The notes below the pieces were generated by a model. The model worked only from the letters and a program-made list of their open reading frames with translations. It had not been told where the DNA came from and did no database searches. A stretch of 57,531 nucleotides of DNA. Origin: an uncultured candidatus Brocadiaceae bacterium (GTDB lineage: Bacteria; Planctomycetota; UBA11346). The stretch lies in contig CAYONM010000002.1 of NCBI GenBank assembly GCA_964405325.1, positions 1 through 57,531 on the forward strand, written 5' to 3'. This document shows positions 38,533 through 47,622 of the stretch, piece after piece. Within the stretch, counting starts at the first letter, position 1, and the number at the start of each line of letters is the position of its first letter. The translations under genes were made by a program, and so were the position numbers.

Positions 38533-38688
38533 GGGTGCGGAAAGAAATAAACGTTACAGATCGCGCAGAGATTTTGTCGATCCTTCAAGGCGCGAAGAGT
38601 GAGCATATCGGGCATATGTGAGCGATAAGCAACGCAGAAGGGTGGCAAAAGATCAAGCGAAATGTAATGTTTATTTTTTGACGGGCCC
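38533..38688. mobile_element. MITE-like repeat family Y, full copy (156 bp, AT-rich, 25-bp imperfect TIRs)
   Basis: Left gggtgcggaaagaaataaacgttac versus right reverse complement gggcccgtcaaaaaataaacattac (19/25 identical). Two mismatches seen over the 132-bp internal alignment to 49275-49406. Also matches both window edges. Confidence 0.7.
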
Positions 38689-38745
38689 GAACCGGCGCCG
38701 AAAACGTCCTCCGTGAGAAACTGCCTCAGCAATCGAACTGCAGCA

Positions 38746-39576
38746 CTAACCATCCCTCGTGCCAAAGCCCTGCCGCCAGGCCCGCGGCGAACAACCGAGA
38801 TGCTTGCGAAACAATTTACTGAAATGGAAAGCGTCGTCGTAACCGACGCGGGCCGCAATCTCGCTGATGCTCAGGTTGGGATTGCCCAGCAACAACACCG
38901 CATGTCGCAGTCGCAGTTGGATGCAGTAGGCCATGGGTGCAATACCGAAGGCGGCCTGGAATCGGGTACTGTAATGCGCCTTGGACAAATCGGCCATGGC
39001 CGCAAGCCCGCCCACATCCAAGGCCTCCCGGAAATGCGCCTCGATATGCCATTTGCTGCGCAGCAGCGGCTCGGGAATGCTACCGGCATCGCTGGCGTCG
39101 GTCAGGCGGCGAACGTGCTGCAGCAGAATGCAGAACAAGTGCACCATGATCCGGGTATCGGCGCCTTCGCTGCGATCGAGTTCGCCGCGCAGCAGCTGCC
39201 ACCAACCATCGCATTCGTGCTGAGCCGGCAGAGCCAACGGATGCTTCAATGGCAAACGGCTGTCGGTCAGCCAGCCGGGTACTTCGTGCCCCAGGCAACG
39301 CAGCCAATGATGCCGAAACCGACGCTCCGGATGACCATAATGCAAAGGCGTATGTGGCGGCCAGATGAGGAAACTCGGCGCCGGCAGATCCACGGTCTGG
39401 CCATCGATCACGGCACTGGTGTCACTGAGGAACAGCACCAGCAACCACTCCGGTGAACCCGCCGGCTCGCGGTAGAGCCCCTCGTAGACGAAATCGATCC
39501 CCAAGGAGGTGCAGCGGAAATCGACCGCGGCAGGATCGTCGGGCAGCGGCAAGAAAGTACTGTAGGACGTCGCCAT
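38746..39576 (-). CDS. AraC-family transcriptional regulator
   Basis: C-terminal double HTH (..AHYSTRFQAAFGIAPMAYCIQLRLRHAVLLL......ISEIAARVGYDDAFHFSKLFRKHLGCSPRAWR). First ATG at 39576; the ORF opens at a TTG at 39627. Confidence 0.8.
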   Translation of the reverse strand: MATSYSTFLPLPDDPAAVDFRCTSLGIDFVYEGLYREPAGSPEWLLVLFLSDTSAVIDGQTVDLPAPSFLIWPPHTPLHYGHPERRFRHHWLRCLGHEVPGWLTDSRLPLKHPLALPAQHECDGWWQLLRGELDRSEGADTRIMVHLFCILLQHVRRLTDASDAGSIPEPLLRSKWHIEAHFREALDVGGLAAMADLSKAHYSTRFQAAFGIAPMAYCIQLRLRHAVLLLGNPNLSISEIAARVGYDDAFHFSKLFRKHLGCSPRAWRQGFGTRDG

Positions 39577-39685
39577 GCCGAAGGATGCTCCAGGTGGCCA
39601 GGAATTCTGTCCATGTTTTATCGGCAATCCATGCCATACTCAGATGCAGGCGATCGCAGGAAAACACGGTTGCCAGGAGTCCATC

Positions 39686-40666
39686 ATGCACGCCAAAGCC
39701 CTCTGCTGCGTTGCCACCAAAACCGTTGCCGTCCAGGACATCGAACTGCCCGATCAGCTACAAGCCGGTGAGATCCTGGTGGAAAAACGCTACTGCGGTA
39801 TTTCCCCCGGCACCGATCGCCGCTGCCTGAGCCAGGCCACGGCCGACAACACCCCCTACATCATGGGCTACAGCTCAGTGGGTGTGGTCAGCGCTGTTGG
39901 CGAGGGCGTCCAGATGCCGATCGGGCGCAAGGTCTTCTGCGGTGGCAGCAAGCACGTCAGCATGACCAGCATGTGGGGCGCCTACACCAGCCACGCCATT
40001 GTCGATGCCGACAGCTTGGTGCCGGTACCCGAGACCGTCGACTTGCGCCATGCCGCGTTGACCAAGCTGGGGGCCATCGCCTACCACGGTGTTCGCCAGG
40101 CCAAACCCATGCCACATGAGCGCATCGCCGTGATCGGCCTGGGCATCATCGGCCAATTGGCGGCTCGTCTGTATCAGATGACCGGTGCCCAGGTGGTGGC
40201 GGCCGATCCGCAAGAGAAACGCCAACAAGCGGCCGCCGCCCAGGGCGTCGGCATCGCCACCGGCTCAGACCTGAAAGCCGCTTTTGCCCCGCATTTTCCC
40301 GACGGTGCCGATCTGGTGGTGGATGCCACTGGTCATCCCAAGGTGCTCAACCAATCCGCCACTCTGCTGAAGGACCTGCCCTGGGACGACGCCCCACGCC
40401 CCGGCCCGCGCCTGCTGCTGCAAGGCAGCTATCCCGGCAATATCGAACTGGACTATCAGACCGTGTTCATGTGCCAGGCGCCGATCCTCATCCCCCGCGA
40501 CAGCCAACGCCCCGACTTTGAAGCGTTCCTGGATTTCATCGCCCGCGGCAAACTGGACGTGAACGACCTGACCCAAGACGTCCGGCCGGTGGCCCAGGCC
40601 CAGGCCGCCTACGACGATCTGGACAAACCAGACGCGCCGTCGCTGACGACGCTATTGGAGTGGTGA
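39686..40666 (+). CDS. MDR-family (zinc-type alcohol dehydrogenase-like) oxidoreductase
   Basis: GroES-like N-terminus and Rossmann motif VIGLGIIGQLAA. aggag RBS. Divergent from the AraC gene. Confidence 0.75.
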   Translation: MHAKALCCVATKTVAVQDIELPDQLQAGEILVEKRYCGISPGTDRRCLSQATADNTPYIMGYSSVGVVSAVGEGVQMPIGRKVFCGGSKHVSMTSMWGAYTSHAIVDADSLVPVPETVDLRHAALTKLGAIAYHGVRQAKPMPHERIAVIGLGIIGQLAARLYQMTGAQVVAADPQEKRQQAAAAQGVGIATGSDLKAAFAPHFPDGADLVVDATGHPKVLNQSATLLKDLPWDDAPRPGPRLLLQGSYPGNIELDYQTVFMCQAPILIPRDSQRPDFEAFLDFIARGKLDVNDLTQDVRPVAQAQAAYDDLDKPDAPSLTTLLEW

Positions 40667-40688
40667 CGGCAAGACCGACGCCGCCATG

Positions 40689-40731
40689 CAACCAACAGCC
40701 CCCGGCCAGATGGACCGGGGGCTGTTGGTTG
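40689..40731. terminator. Strong 17-bp-stem hairpin between convergent genes (no U tract)
   Basis: caaccaacagcccccgg-ccagatgga-ccgggggctgttggttg. Confidence 0.5.
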
Positions 40732-40757
40732 CCGCACTGATCCCATCGAGTAGCCCG

Positions 40758-41606
40758 CTACACCGATACCACCGCCTTGATATGCGGCCAAGGGTCGTAG
40801 TCGCTGAGCGAGAAATGCTCGAAGCGGAAATCGAACAGATCGGTGATCGATGGTTCCAGGCGCATCGTCGGCAACGCTCGTGGTTCGCGTCCAAGCTGCA
40901 ATCGTGCCTGGTCGAAATGATTATTATACAGATGCGCGTCACCCAAGGTGTGGACGAAATCCCCCGGCTGCAGCTGGCTGACTTGGGCCGCCATCATGGT
41001 CAACAGGGCGTAGCTGGCGATGTTGAAGGGCACGCCCAGGAAGACATCGGCGGAACGCTGGTAGAGTTGACAACTCAGGCGTCGATTTTTCGTATCGACG
41101 TAGAACTGGAACAGGGTGTGGCAGGGCGGCAGGGCCACCTGTTCCGCTTCCTGAGGATTCCAGCCGCTGACGATCAGGCGCCGACTGTGGGGATTGCGCC
41201 GGAGCTCGTCGATCACCCAGCTGATCTGATCGAAGCCATCAGCCTGGTAGCTGCCATCTTTGCGCGGTGTAGCGCCGTAATTGCGCCACTGGTGGCCGTA
41301 AACCGGACCCAGGTCACCTTCGGCGCGACCAAAACGGGCACACTGCTCGGTGGTGGCCCATTCATTCCAGATCCGAACGCCGACCTCCTGCAGAGGGGCC
41401 ACCTGGGTGGAGCCGCTGAGGAACCACAGCAGTTCATGGATGATGGATTTCAGGTGCAACTTCTTGGTGGTCAGCAGCGGGAAGCCACGACTCAGGTCAA
41501 AACGCATCTGATGCCCGAACACGCTGCGGGTGCCGGTGCCGGTACGGTCGTCGCGGTCCACACCCTCGTCGAGGATGCGCTGGAGAAGATCAAGGTAAGC
41601 CTGCAT
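40758..41606 (-). CDS. thyA: Thymidylate synthase
   Basis: DRTGTGT, LPPCH ([13 protein letters not shown]), full-length ThyA pattern, 282 aa. Confidence 0.97.
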   Translation of the reverse strand: MQAYLDLLQRILDEGVDRDDRTGTGTRSVFGHQMRFDLSRGFPLLTTKKLHLKSIIHELLWFLSGSTQVAPLQEVGVRIWNEWATTEQCARFGRAEGDLGPVYGHQWRNYGATPRKDGSYQADGFDQISWVIDELRRNPHSRRLIVSGWNPQEAEQVALPPCHTLFQFYVDTKNRRLSCQLYQRSADVFLGVPFNIASYALLTMMAAQVSQLQPGDFVHTLGDAHLYNNHFDQARLQLGREPRALPTMRLEPSITDLFDFRFEHFSLSDYDPWPHIKAVVSV

Positions 41607-41690
41607 GCCCGGCAGTCTGGGGCTGGCAGCGGCCAGGAAAGCGGGGGCCGAGGAAGCGAGCGAATCTCGACCAAGACCAAGGTCCCAGCC

Positions 41691-41726
41691 GGATTATCGG
41701 GGGAATACGGATTATCGGGGGAATAT
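41691..41726. repeat. Two tandem copies of an 18-bp unit upstream of thyA
   Basis: ggattatcgggggaatac / ggattatcgggggaatat. Confidence 0.8.
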
Positions 41727-41907
41727 GGCGCGCGAGGACCTGCGCTCCGCACCTCCTACCAAGCAACGGCTTTCGGCGATCGGGTGTAGCCGCAGCGTGC
41801 TGTATCGGGATCTTTCCCGACGCATACCCCGTTGGGGTTGAAAAAGACGGGGGATCAGATCCCCGGTCGCCGCAGACGGCAAGCCTGGGGACCATGTCCC
41901 GAAAAAC

Positions 41908-42253
41908 CTGGCCATTACCCACAAATCGAGAGCACAACGATGGGCTGCACAGAGGCCAGTAGAGGCCACAGCGGTTTTGGTTATTCCGAGGTAACGACTG
42001 GTCTGTCCTCAGGCGCCATCGGATGCTCGGTGCCGGCCCACCCGGAGCGCGAGGCCCTGCCTCGCAGGCAGCACAGAGATCGGCGCTGATCACCGGATGT
42101 TCCTGATGTCTTGAACGAGCACGGTTGCCGAGCTTGCGCCGCATGGCGACGCGCTCCGTGGGTGTGCTGCGCGCGCTGATGGCGAGAACCCTCTGTGTCT
42201 CTGAGCCTCTCTGTGTCGCTATCTGGTTCGGCTGACTTGTGGGTAATGGCCAG
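41908..42253. mobile_element. MITE, family E copy 2 (346 bp): same TIRs as copy 1, 10-bp target-site duplication
   Basis: Left ctggccattacccacaaatc; right reverse complement ctggccattacccacaagtc. Flanked by cccgaaaaac at 41898-41907 and 42254-42263. No ORF of transposase size inside. Confidence 0.8.
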
Positions 42254-42435
42254 CCCGAAAAACCGGCTACCCCACAACGAAGCTGCGTCAGATAAGGCCC
42301 GTTCAGCAGTCGCTCGGTTACATCAAGCCACAGTCATGCGTGCAGCAGGCAAGTCACGACGCAGGAGCGTGGAACCGAAACCCGACTGGCGGATGCGAGG
42401 GACGTCGCGAGGGGGCAGCACCCCCCCCCCTCTGA

Positions 42436-45129
42436 TCAAGGCTGCGACTCGTCGTTGCCAGCTCCGGTGACCACGGTCTTTTCTGCCTTGGCCTGGTCGA
42501 TGATGCTGCGGACCTCTTCCTCGCTGGCCGGCGCCGCTTCGACCACGCGATGGCTCAGGCGGACTTCGGCCAGCGGCTGCAAGAGCCCCGGATCGAGCAG
42601 AGGTAGCAGGCGAGCGCGATCCACTGCTGCAACGTGTTCACGATAGCTGAAGATCGCTTCCAGGCTGTCGTGCCGAAGGATGCTGCCGGTATACAAACGC
42701 GCCGCCTGGGTCGGATCCTCGTGGATCAGGCCAGCCTGGGTCAGACAGGCCGATTGCGCCGCGGCCAGCTCACCCGCCCAGTTTTCGGCTGCATCAGCGG
42801 CCCGGAGCTCGATCAGCAGGGTCTGGACCTGCTGATCGACACATTTGCGCACCGCCTCCATATGGGCCTGCGGCACCAGCACAAACAGATGGATCAGGCT
42901 CCGACCGGGATAGGACTTGGTGGTCAGCTGCAGTCGTTGGACACCCCCATCGGCGACCTCGGCCAGGGCGGCCCCCAGGCGGCCATCACGACCGCTGGCA
43001 CCGCCCAGCAGCGCTGCCAGAACCTGAAAATCAGCACGCTGCACATCGCTGACCGGCAACGACCAACCGAAGGCGATGGCAGATTCCGGCTGCAAGCCAC
43101 TGAGATCTATGAAGGTGGGCTTATCGGGAATGGCTGCCAGTGCCGACGGCCGTTTAACCTCGCCACTGGGAATCAACACCGGATCACCCAAGCCCTGCTC
43201 CAGACTCGCCTGGATCGCGGCCTGATCACTGGGACCACCCACCACGGCCACCGCCAAATTGCCACCTTGCAGCAGTTCACCGAGGAACTGCCGCAAGATC
43301 TCATGATCAAGATTGACCAAGGAGGCTTTGGTGCCCAGGGCTTCGCGACCAGCCCAATGCCCCTCCAGCAGAGCACCGCGCAGGCGAGCAGCCAGGCGCT
43401 CGTCCCAGGGCAGGTACTGCGGATCACGCGCCAACTGGGTGTGCATCTGCTGCCGCAACAGGGCAACGCCATCTGCGGCGATGGCCGGCTCGCGAACGCA
43501 GGCGGTCAATCGTGACAGCGCCAAAGGCACTTCCTCGGCGAAACAGGTGACCCAGATGTGGATCGCATCCGCAGCAACCTCTGCCGCCACCCGCATGTTG
43601 GCGCGTTCGGGCTGCTGGCCGATGTCCTGTTGCAGCTTGGCAACCAGCAGTTCGGCCAGCATGGCACTGGCTCCCCGTTGGTGTTCCTGCTCGACCGATG
43701 GCCCACCGCCGAGACTCAGCACCACCGCGGCAATGCCGGTGTCGATGTTCTGAACCACTAGTCGCAGCCCATTATCAAAAGTATTACGCCGCGGCGGCAC
43801 GGTGCTGAGCGCCGGCGGCACCGGCACTTGGCTGACATCGGACTGATCGTTCTGCTCCGGCGTCAACAGTACCCGAGTCAAGCGTTGCCGTTGCAGGTAC
43901 TGGACCATGACCCGTCGCAGGGCGCTGGCATCCACCTGTGCCAGACGCTCGGGCAGATCATCACCCCAGTCCGGCTGGCTGAGGGCCAATTCCCAACGAC
44001 AGAGGTCCTCGGCGATCTGCGCGCCATTGCGCGCCAAGTACCCATGTCGCAGGCGCCGGACCGCGGCTACCAGGGCCGCCTCCCAGTTATAAGACTCGCC
44101 ACGCAACTCGCCGAGCACTTCGTTGATCGCTGCCAAGGCCCGATTGGCCTGTTCCGATCGGACCTGATAGCTGATTTCGAAATAACCAGGCCGCCCCACC
44201 GATGCGACATTGTGCACCGCCAAGCGCTCCACCAGCTGCTCGTTCTCCAGCACCTGGCGCAGGCGCGAACCCGGCGCATCCAGGGCACTCGCCAGAGCCG
44301 CCAGGGCGGTCTGGTCACCATGCTGCAAAGGCACGGTGCGGAAGGCCAGGTGCACCCGCTGCCGTGGCACCCGCGCCGTCTCCGAACGCTGGCGCGGGCC
44401 GTACTGCGGCGGCTCCTCGGGCACGACACTGCGGTTGTAGCTGCCCTCAGGAAAATACGCGAAGGCGGAACGGACCACGGCCCGGATCCGCGTGGTATCG
44501 ACATTGCCAACCACCACCACCACTACGTTGGGCGCCGTATATCGACGCACCAGATAACGATGCACGTCGCTCTGCTGGAGCGCCAACAGCGCGTCGCGCC
44601 GACCGAGTACCGGCAAACGTGCCGGATGCTGCTGGTAGACCGTACCGTCGACCAGCAGGCGAGCCAGATGATCCGGATCGATCAGGAGGCGGTCCTGTTC
44701 CAGCAGCAGGCGCTCGCGTTCCCGCTGCAGCGCGGCCTCACTGACCTCGGTACCCCGCAACAACAGCGCCAAGGCGCGAATGGCATCATCGACATGAGCA
44801 GTTGTGGTCTGCAAGCGGTAGGTGCTGCCAGCGACCTCGGTCCGGTATTCGAACTGCGAGCCGGTACGCCGGGTCATGGAACGGACCTCAGTGGGCGCGT
44901 GGTGCACTTGGATACGCTGCGCTAGGGCGCTGACCCCCGTACCAAGCAGCTGCTCTTCGTACACCGGACCGGAACGGACCAAGGCCTGCACCGTCACCAC
45001 CGGTGTCGCATGGCGCTCGGCGACAATCACGGTCAGACCCGATGGCGCCACAAAGCGGCTGATGGTCTGCGCGTGGACGACGGCAGGCAACACCAGCAGC
45101 AGCAAAAGGGCGGCGCCCAGAGCGTGCAC
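42436..45129 (-). CDS. Two-module M16 (pitrilysin/insulinase) family protein lacking the HxxEH zinc motif in both halves
   Basis: M16 fold pattern twice. ALAQR and AMLAE sit at the positions where HxxEH is expected. GTG at 45129 follows GAGGAG by 5 nt and gives a signal peptide MHALGAALLLLLVLPAVVHA. Confidence 0.7.
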   Translation of the reverse strand: MHALGAALLLLLVLPAVVHAQTISRFVAPSGLTVIVAERHATPVVTVQALVRSGPVYEEQLLGTGVSALAQRIQVHHAPTEVRSMTRRTGSQFEYRTEVAGSTYRLQTTTAHVDDAIRALALLLRGTEVSEAALQRERERLLLEQDRLLIDPDHLARLLVDGTVYQQHPARLPVLGRRDALLALQQSDVHRYLVRRYTAPNVVVVVVGNVDTTRIRAVVRSAFAYFPEGSYNRSVVPEEPPQYGPRQRSETARVPRQRVHLAFRTVPLQHGDQTALAALASALDAPGSRLRQVLENEQLVERLAVHNVASVGRPGYFEISYQVRSEQANRALAAINEVLGELRGESYNWEAALVAAVRRLRHGYLARNGAQIAEDLCRWELALSQPDWGDDLPERLAQVDASALRRVMVQYLQRQRLTRVLLTPEQNDQSDVSQVPVPPALSTVPPRRNTFDNGLRLVVQNIDTGIAAVVLSLGGGPSVEQEHQRGASAMLAELLVAKLQQDIGQQPERANMRVAAEVAADAIHIWVTCFAEEVPLALSRLTACVREPAIAADGVALLRQQMHTQLARDPQYLPWDERLAARLRGALLEGHWAGREALGTKASLVNLDHEILRQFLGELLQGGNLAVAVVGGPSDQAAIQASLEQGLGDPVLIPSGEVKRPSALAAIPDKPTFIDLSGLQPESAIAFGWSLPVSDVQRADFQVLAALLGGASGRDGRLGAALAEVADGGVQRLQLTTKSYPGRSLIHLFVLVPQAHMEAVRKCVDQQVQTLLIELRAADAAENWAGELAAAQSACLTQAGLIHEDPTQAARLYTGSILRHDSLEAIFSYREHVAAVDRARLLPLLDPGLLQPLAEVRLSHRVVEAAPASEEEVRSIIDQAKAEKTVVTGAGNDESQP

Positions 45130-45324
45130 GTAGACTCCTCGGTCATCCCTGTCCACGGTCGGTAGCGGCGAATCGAAGCTGGCAGGGAGCAGCGCCGGAG
45201 CCGGAAAAATCAAGCAGAACCCGCGTTTGGGGCAGTGACAATCATAACGTCAAATCGAGATCAGTGCAAGGCAAGCAAAGCGGCATTCAGGTGTTTTTCT
45301 GTTCCGACCGCCCGTTCTGGCCGA

Positions 45325-47520
45325 TTACAGGCGATTAACGATATCATTGCCGATCACGTACAGCATCAGGCTGACCACCAGGGCGAAGCCGCACCAATTC
45401 AAGGCTTCCTGTACCCGCAGTGGCACCGGTCGGCGGATGATGATTTCGACGAACAGGAACAGCAGTTGACCACCATCGACGATGGGAATCGGCAGCAGGT
45501 TGATCAGGAACAGATTCAGACCGATCAGCGCGACCAACTTCAAAAAACTGGAAAAACCCAGGTATTCGAAGCGCGCGCTCAGCTCGGAGAAAATACCGAT
45601 CGGCCCCTGCAGACTCTTGGAGGCGTCGATGCCGCCATCCTCCTTGGCCTGGAAGAAGCGCGGAATCAACGTCAGTGTGGTGGTGATCATCTGCACCGTC
45701 TCGTCGTTGGCGTAGCTGAAGGCCTCGGTCCAGCTGCTGAGCTGATAGGGCACCTCTTCCGGCAGCAGCGCCAGGGCCAGACCCGGCGAGGCCGGCGTTA
45801 CCGGCAACCATTCGGCGCTGGCATCGCTGCGGAGCACCACCAGGGCCGAACGACCATCACGCGCCACTCCTGGCGCCGTGCTGATCCAGTCGCCGGCTTG
45901 CAGCCGCTGCAGGGCAACCCGTCCAGAAGCCGACAAGCGGCGCACGTTCACGAATCGGGAATGCAACTCGCCGTCCTGACCCAGCGTTTCCACGGTCAAA
46001 CCGGTCCCACCTGCCTCCAGCGGCGTGGCCACCCGCGCGCCGGCCAAGCCCTGGAACACGCTGGGAGGACCAGATAGGCCGAAGAGCTTGTTGATCAGGC
46101 GCATCAGCATCATCGGCCGCTCGGAGCGGCTCAGTTGATGCCAATCGCCATCAACAAAGGGCAGCAAGCGTTGCTCAGCATCAGCCAGACGCAGCAGGCG
46201 GGTCGCGGCCGGATCGAAATCGATATCCACCACGCCGTCGCCCGCGCGCAGACCGGCCTGGGCCAGCGGCGACTCGTCCTGACCGAGCGCCGGCGGCAGC
46301 GCCGGCAACTGGCCACCGGCCAGATGACTCATGGCGATGCCGATCATCAACTGGCCGCTCCGCGCATCGAAGGCGGCCGGTAATTCCACCGCCTGCTCCT
46401 GCCAACCGTCATCCTGCCAGCGCATCAGGCGCAATCGGGCCTGCTGTCCTTCAGCCACCGCCTGCCGGAGCAGGGCCTTGAAGTGCGCACCAGAGCTGAC
46501 GGTCTGATCGTTCACCGCCAGGATTACATCACCCGGCTGCAGACCAGCCTGGGCGGCAGGACGATCCTCCAACACCTCGACCACCAACACTGGCAGGCCG
46601 AGCCCGGCCGCCAGCAGATCGGCGCCACTGGCCAGATCGCCGGCATACCGGAAACGGGCCTGCCGCTCCTCGCCGCCACGGGCCAAGGTGACCGTGATCT
46701 CCTGGCCGACATGCGGCACCAGTTGCTCCAAAACATCCTGTCCCAGACGCTGGTCAAAACGCTGATCACCAACAGCAACCAGGCGCTCGCCGGGCTGTGG
46801 CGCCTGCTCTGGCGCCTCCTGAAGACCGACCGCCCCCAGGATGGTCAGGCCCTGAGCCGGCCGAATACCCAGGTCAGGTCGGCCGAGTTGCGGGTCGTAT
46901 TCCAGATGGACGGGACCACCATCCGCTGGCAGCTGCAACTGCTGGCCATCGCGCTCGATGCGCATGGCGATCGGCTGCTTGCTGTCCGCCGCCAGGCTCT
47001 TCATCAGCATGTCCTGGTAGCTGCGGACCCGCTCGCCGTTGACGCTGATGATGCGATCACCGCGGTTCAGCCCCAGGCGCCAGGCCGCGGTCTCCAGGCG
47101 ACCGCCAGCTTCATCCTGCACGTATTGCTGCAATTCGCCCACCACCGGCGGAAACACCGGCACCCCATACCAAGCCAGAGCGACCAGGATCAGGTAGCTG
47201 GAGACAAGATTGAACAACACGCCACCAAACAGGATCGCCGCCCGCCAGGCCGGATGCTTGCGCACGAAGCTGCGTTCGTCCGCATCATCCACGGCGCGAC
47301 CAGGCACGTCCTCCTGGCCCAACATTTTGACGTAGCCACCCACCGGCAGCAGCGACAGGGCGTATTCGGTCTCGCCGATCTGCTTCGACCAGATCACCGG
47401 GCCCATACCGATGGAAAAGGTGTCCACCCGGACCCCCGCCCACTTGGCGAACACGAAATGGCCCAGCTCATGGATAAAAATGACGAAGGCGAAGCCCAAC
47501 AGGGCGATCAGATAGGTCAT
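45325..47520 (-). CDS. rseP: RIP site-2 metalloprotease RseP, long form (731 aa, multiple PDZ-like segments)
   Basis: HELGH at residues 17-21, C-terminal NLLPIPIVDGG. The ORF-track extension to 48939 is antisense to the AAA+ gene and is not part of the protein. Confidence 0.9.
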   Translation of the reverse strand: MTYLIALLGFAFVIFIHELGHFVFAKWAGVRVDTFSIGMGPVIWSKQIGETEYALSLLPVGGYVKMLGQEDVPGRAVDDADERSFVRKHPAWRAAILFGGVLFNLVSSYLILVALAWYGVPVFPPVVGELQQYVQDEAGGRLETAAWRLGLNRGDRIISVNGERVRSYQDMLMKSLAADSKQPIAMRIERDGQQLQLPADGGPVHLEYDPQLGRPDLGIRPAQGLTILGAVGLQEAPEQAPQPGERLVAVGDQRFDQRLGQDVLEQLVPHVGQEITVTLARGGEERQARFRYAGDLASGADLLAAGLGLPVLVVEVLEDRPAAQAGLQPGDVILAVNDQTVSSGAHFKALLRQAVAEGQQARLRLMRWQDDGWQEQAVELPAAFDARSGQLMIGIAMSHLAGGQLPALPPALGQDESPLAQAGLRAGDGVVDIDFDPAATRLLRLADAEQRLLPFVDGDWHQLSRSERPMMLMRLINKLFGLSGPPSVFQGLAGARVATPLEAGGTGLTVETLGQDGELHSRFVNVRRLSASGRVALQRLQAGDWISTAPGVARDGRSALVVLRSDASAEWLPVTPASPGLALALLPEEVPYQLSSWTEAFSYANDETVQMITTTLTLIPRFFQAKEDGGIDASKSLQGPIGIFSELSARFEYLGFSSFLKLVALIGLNLFLINLLPIPIVDGGQLLFLFVEIIIRRPVPLRVQEALNWCGFALVVSLMLYVIGNDIVNRL

Positions 47521-47622
47521 GCGCGCTCTCTTCTTCTGGAGCAGATCATATCGGAGGCGAAGCGTCGCAGGACCAGCAGCCGATCCAACTGGAAATACAG
47601 CCAGTTCCATCAGGCTATCCGT

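Noticed and set aside
38529-38858. ORFs running through the family-Y repeat (..PPFCVAYRSHM.DMLTLRALKDRQNLCAIC..), seen also at 48947-49366
   Set aside because: The shared peptide is only ~35 aa and starts and ends differently in each copy. It simply reflects the repeated DNA, and nothing indicates translation.
42090-42200. Hammerhead-like strings (ctgatg..gaa, ctgatggcgagaacc) inside MITE E2
   Set aside because: The CUGAUGA and GAAAC cores are not both intact, and the required stems cannot be formed.
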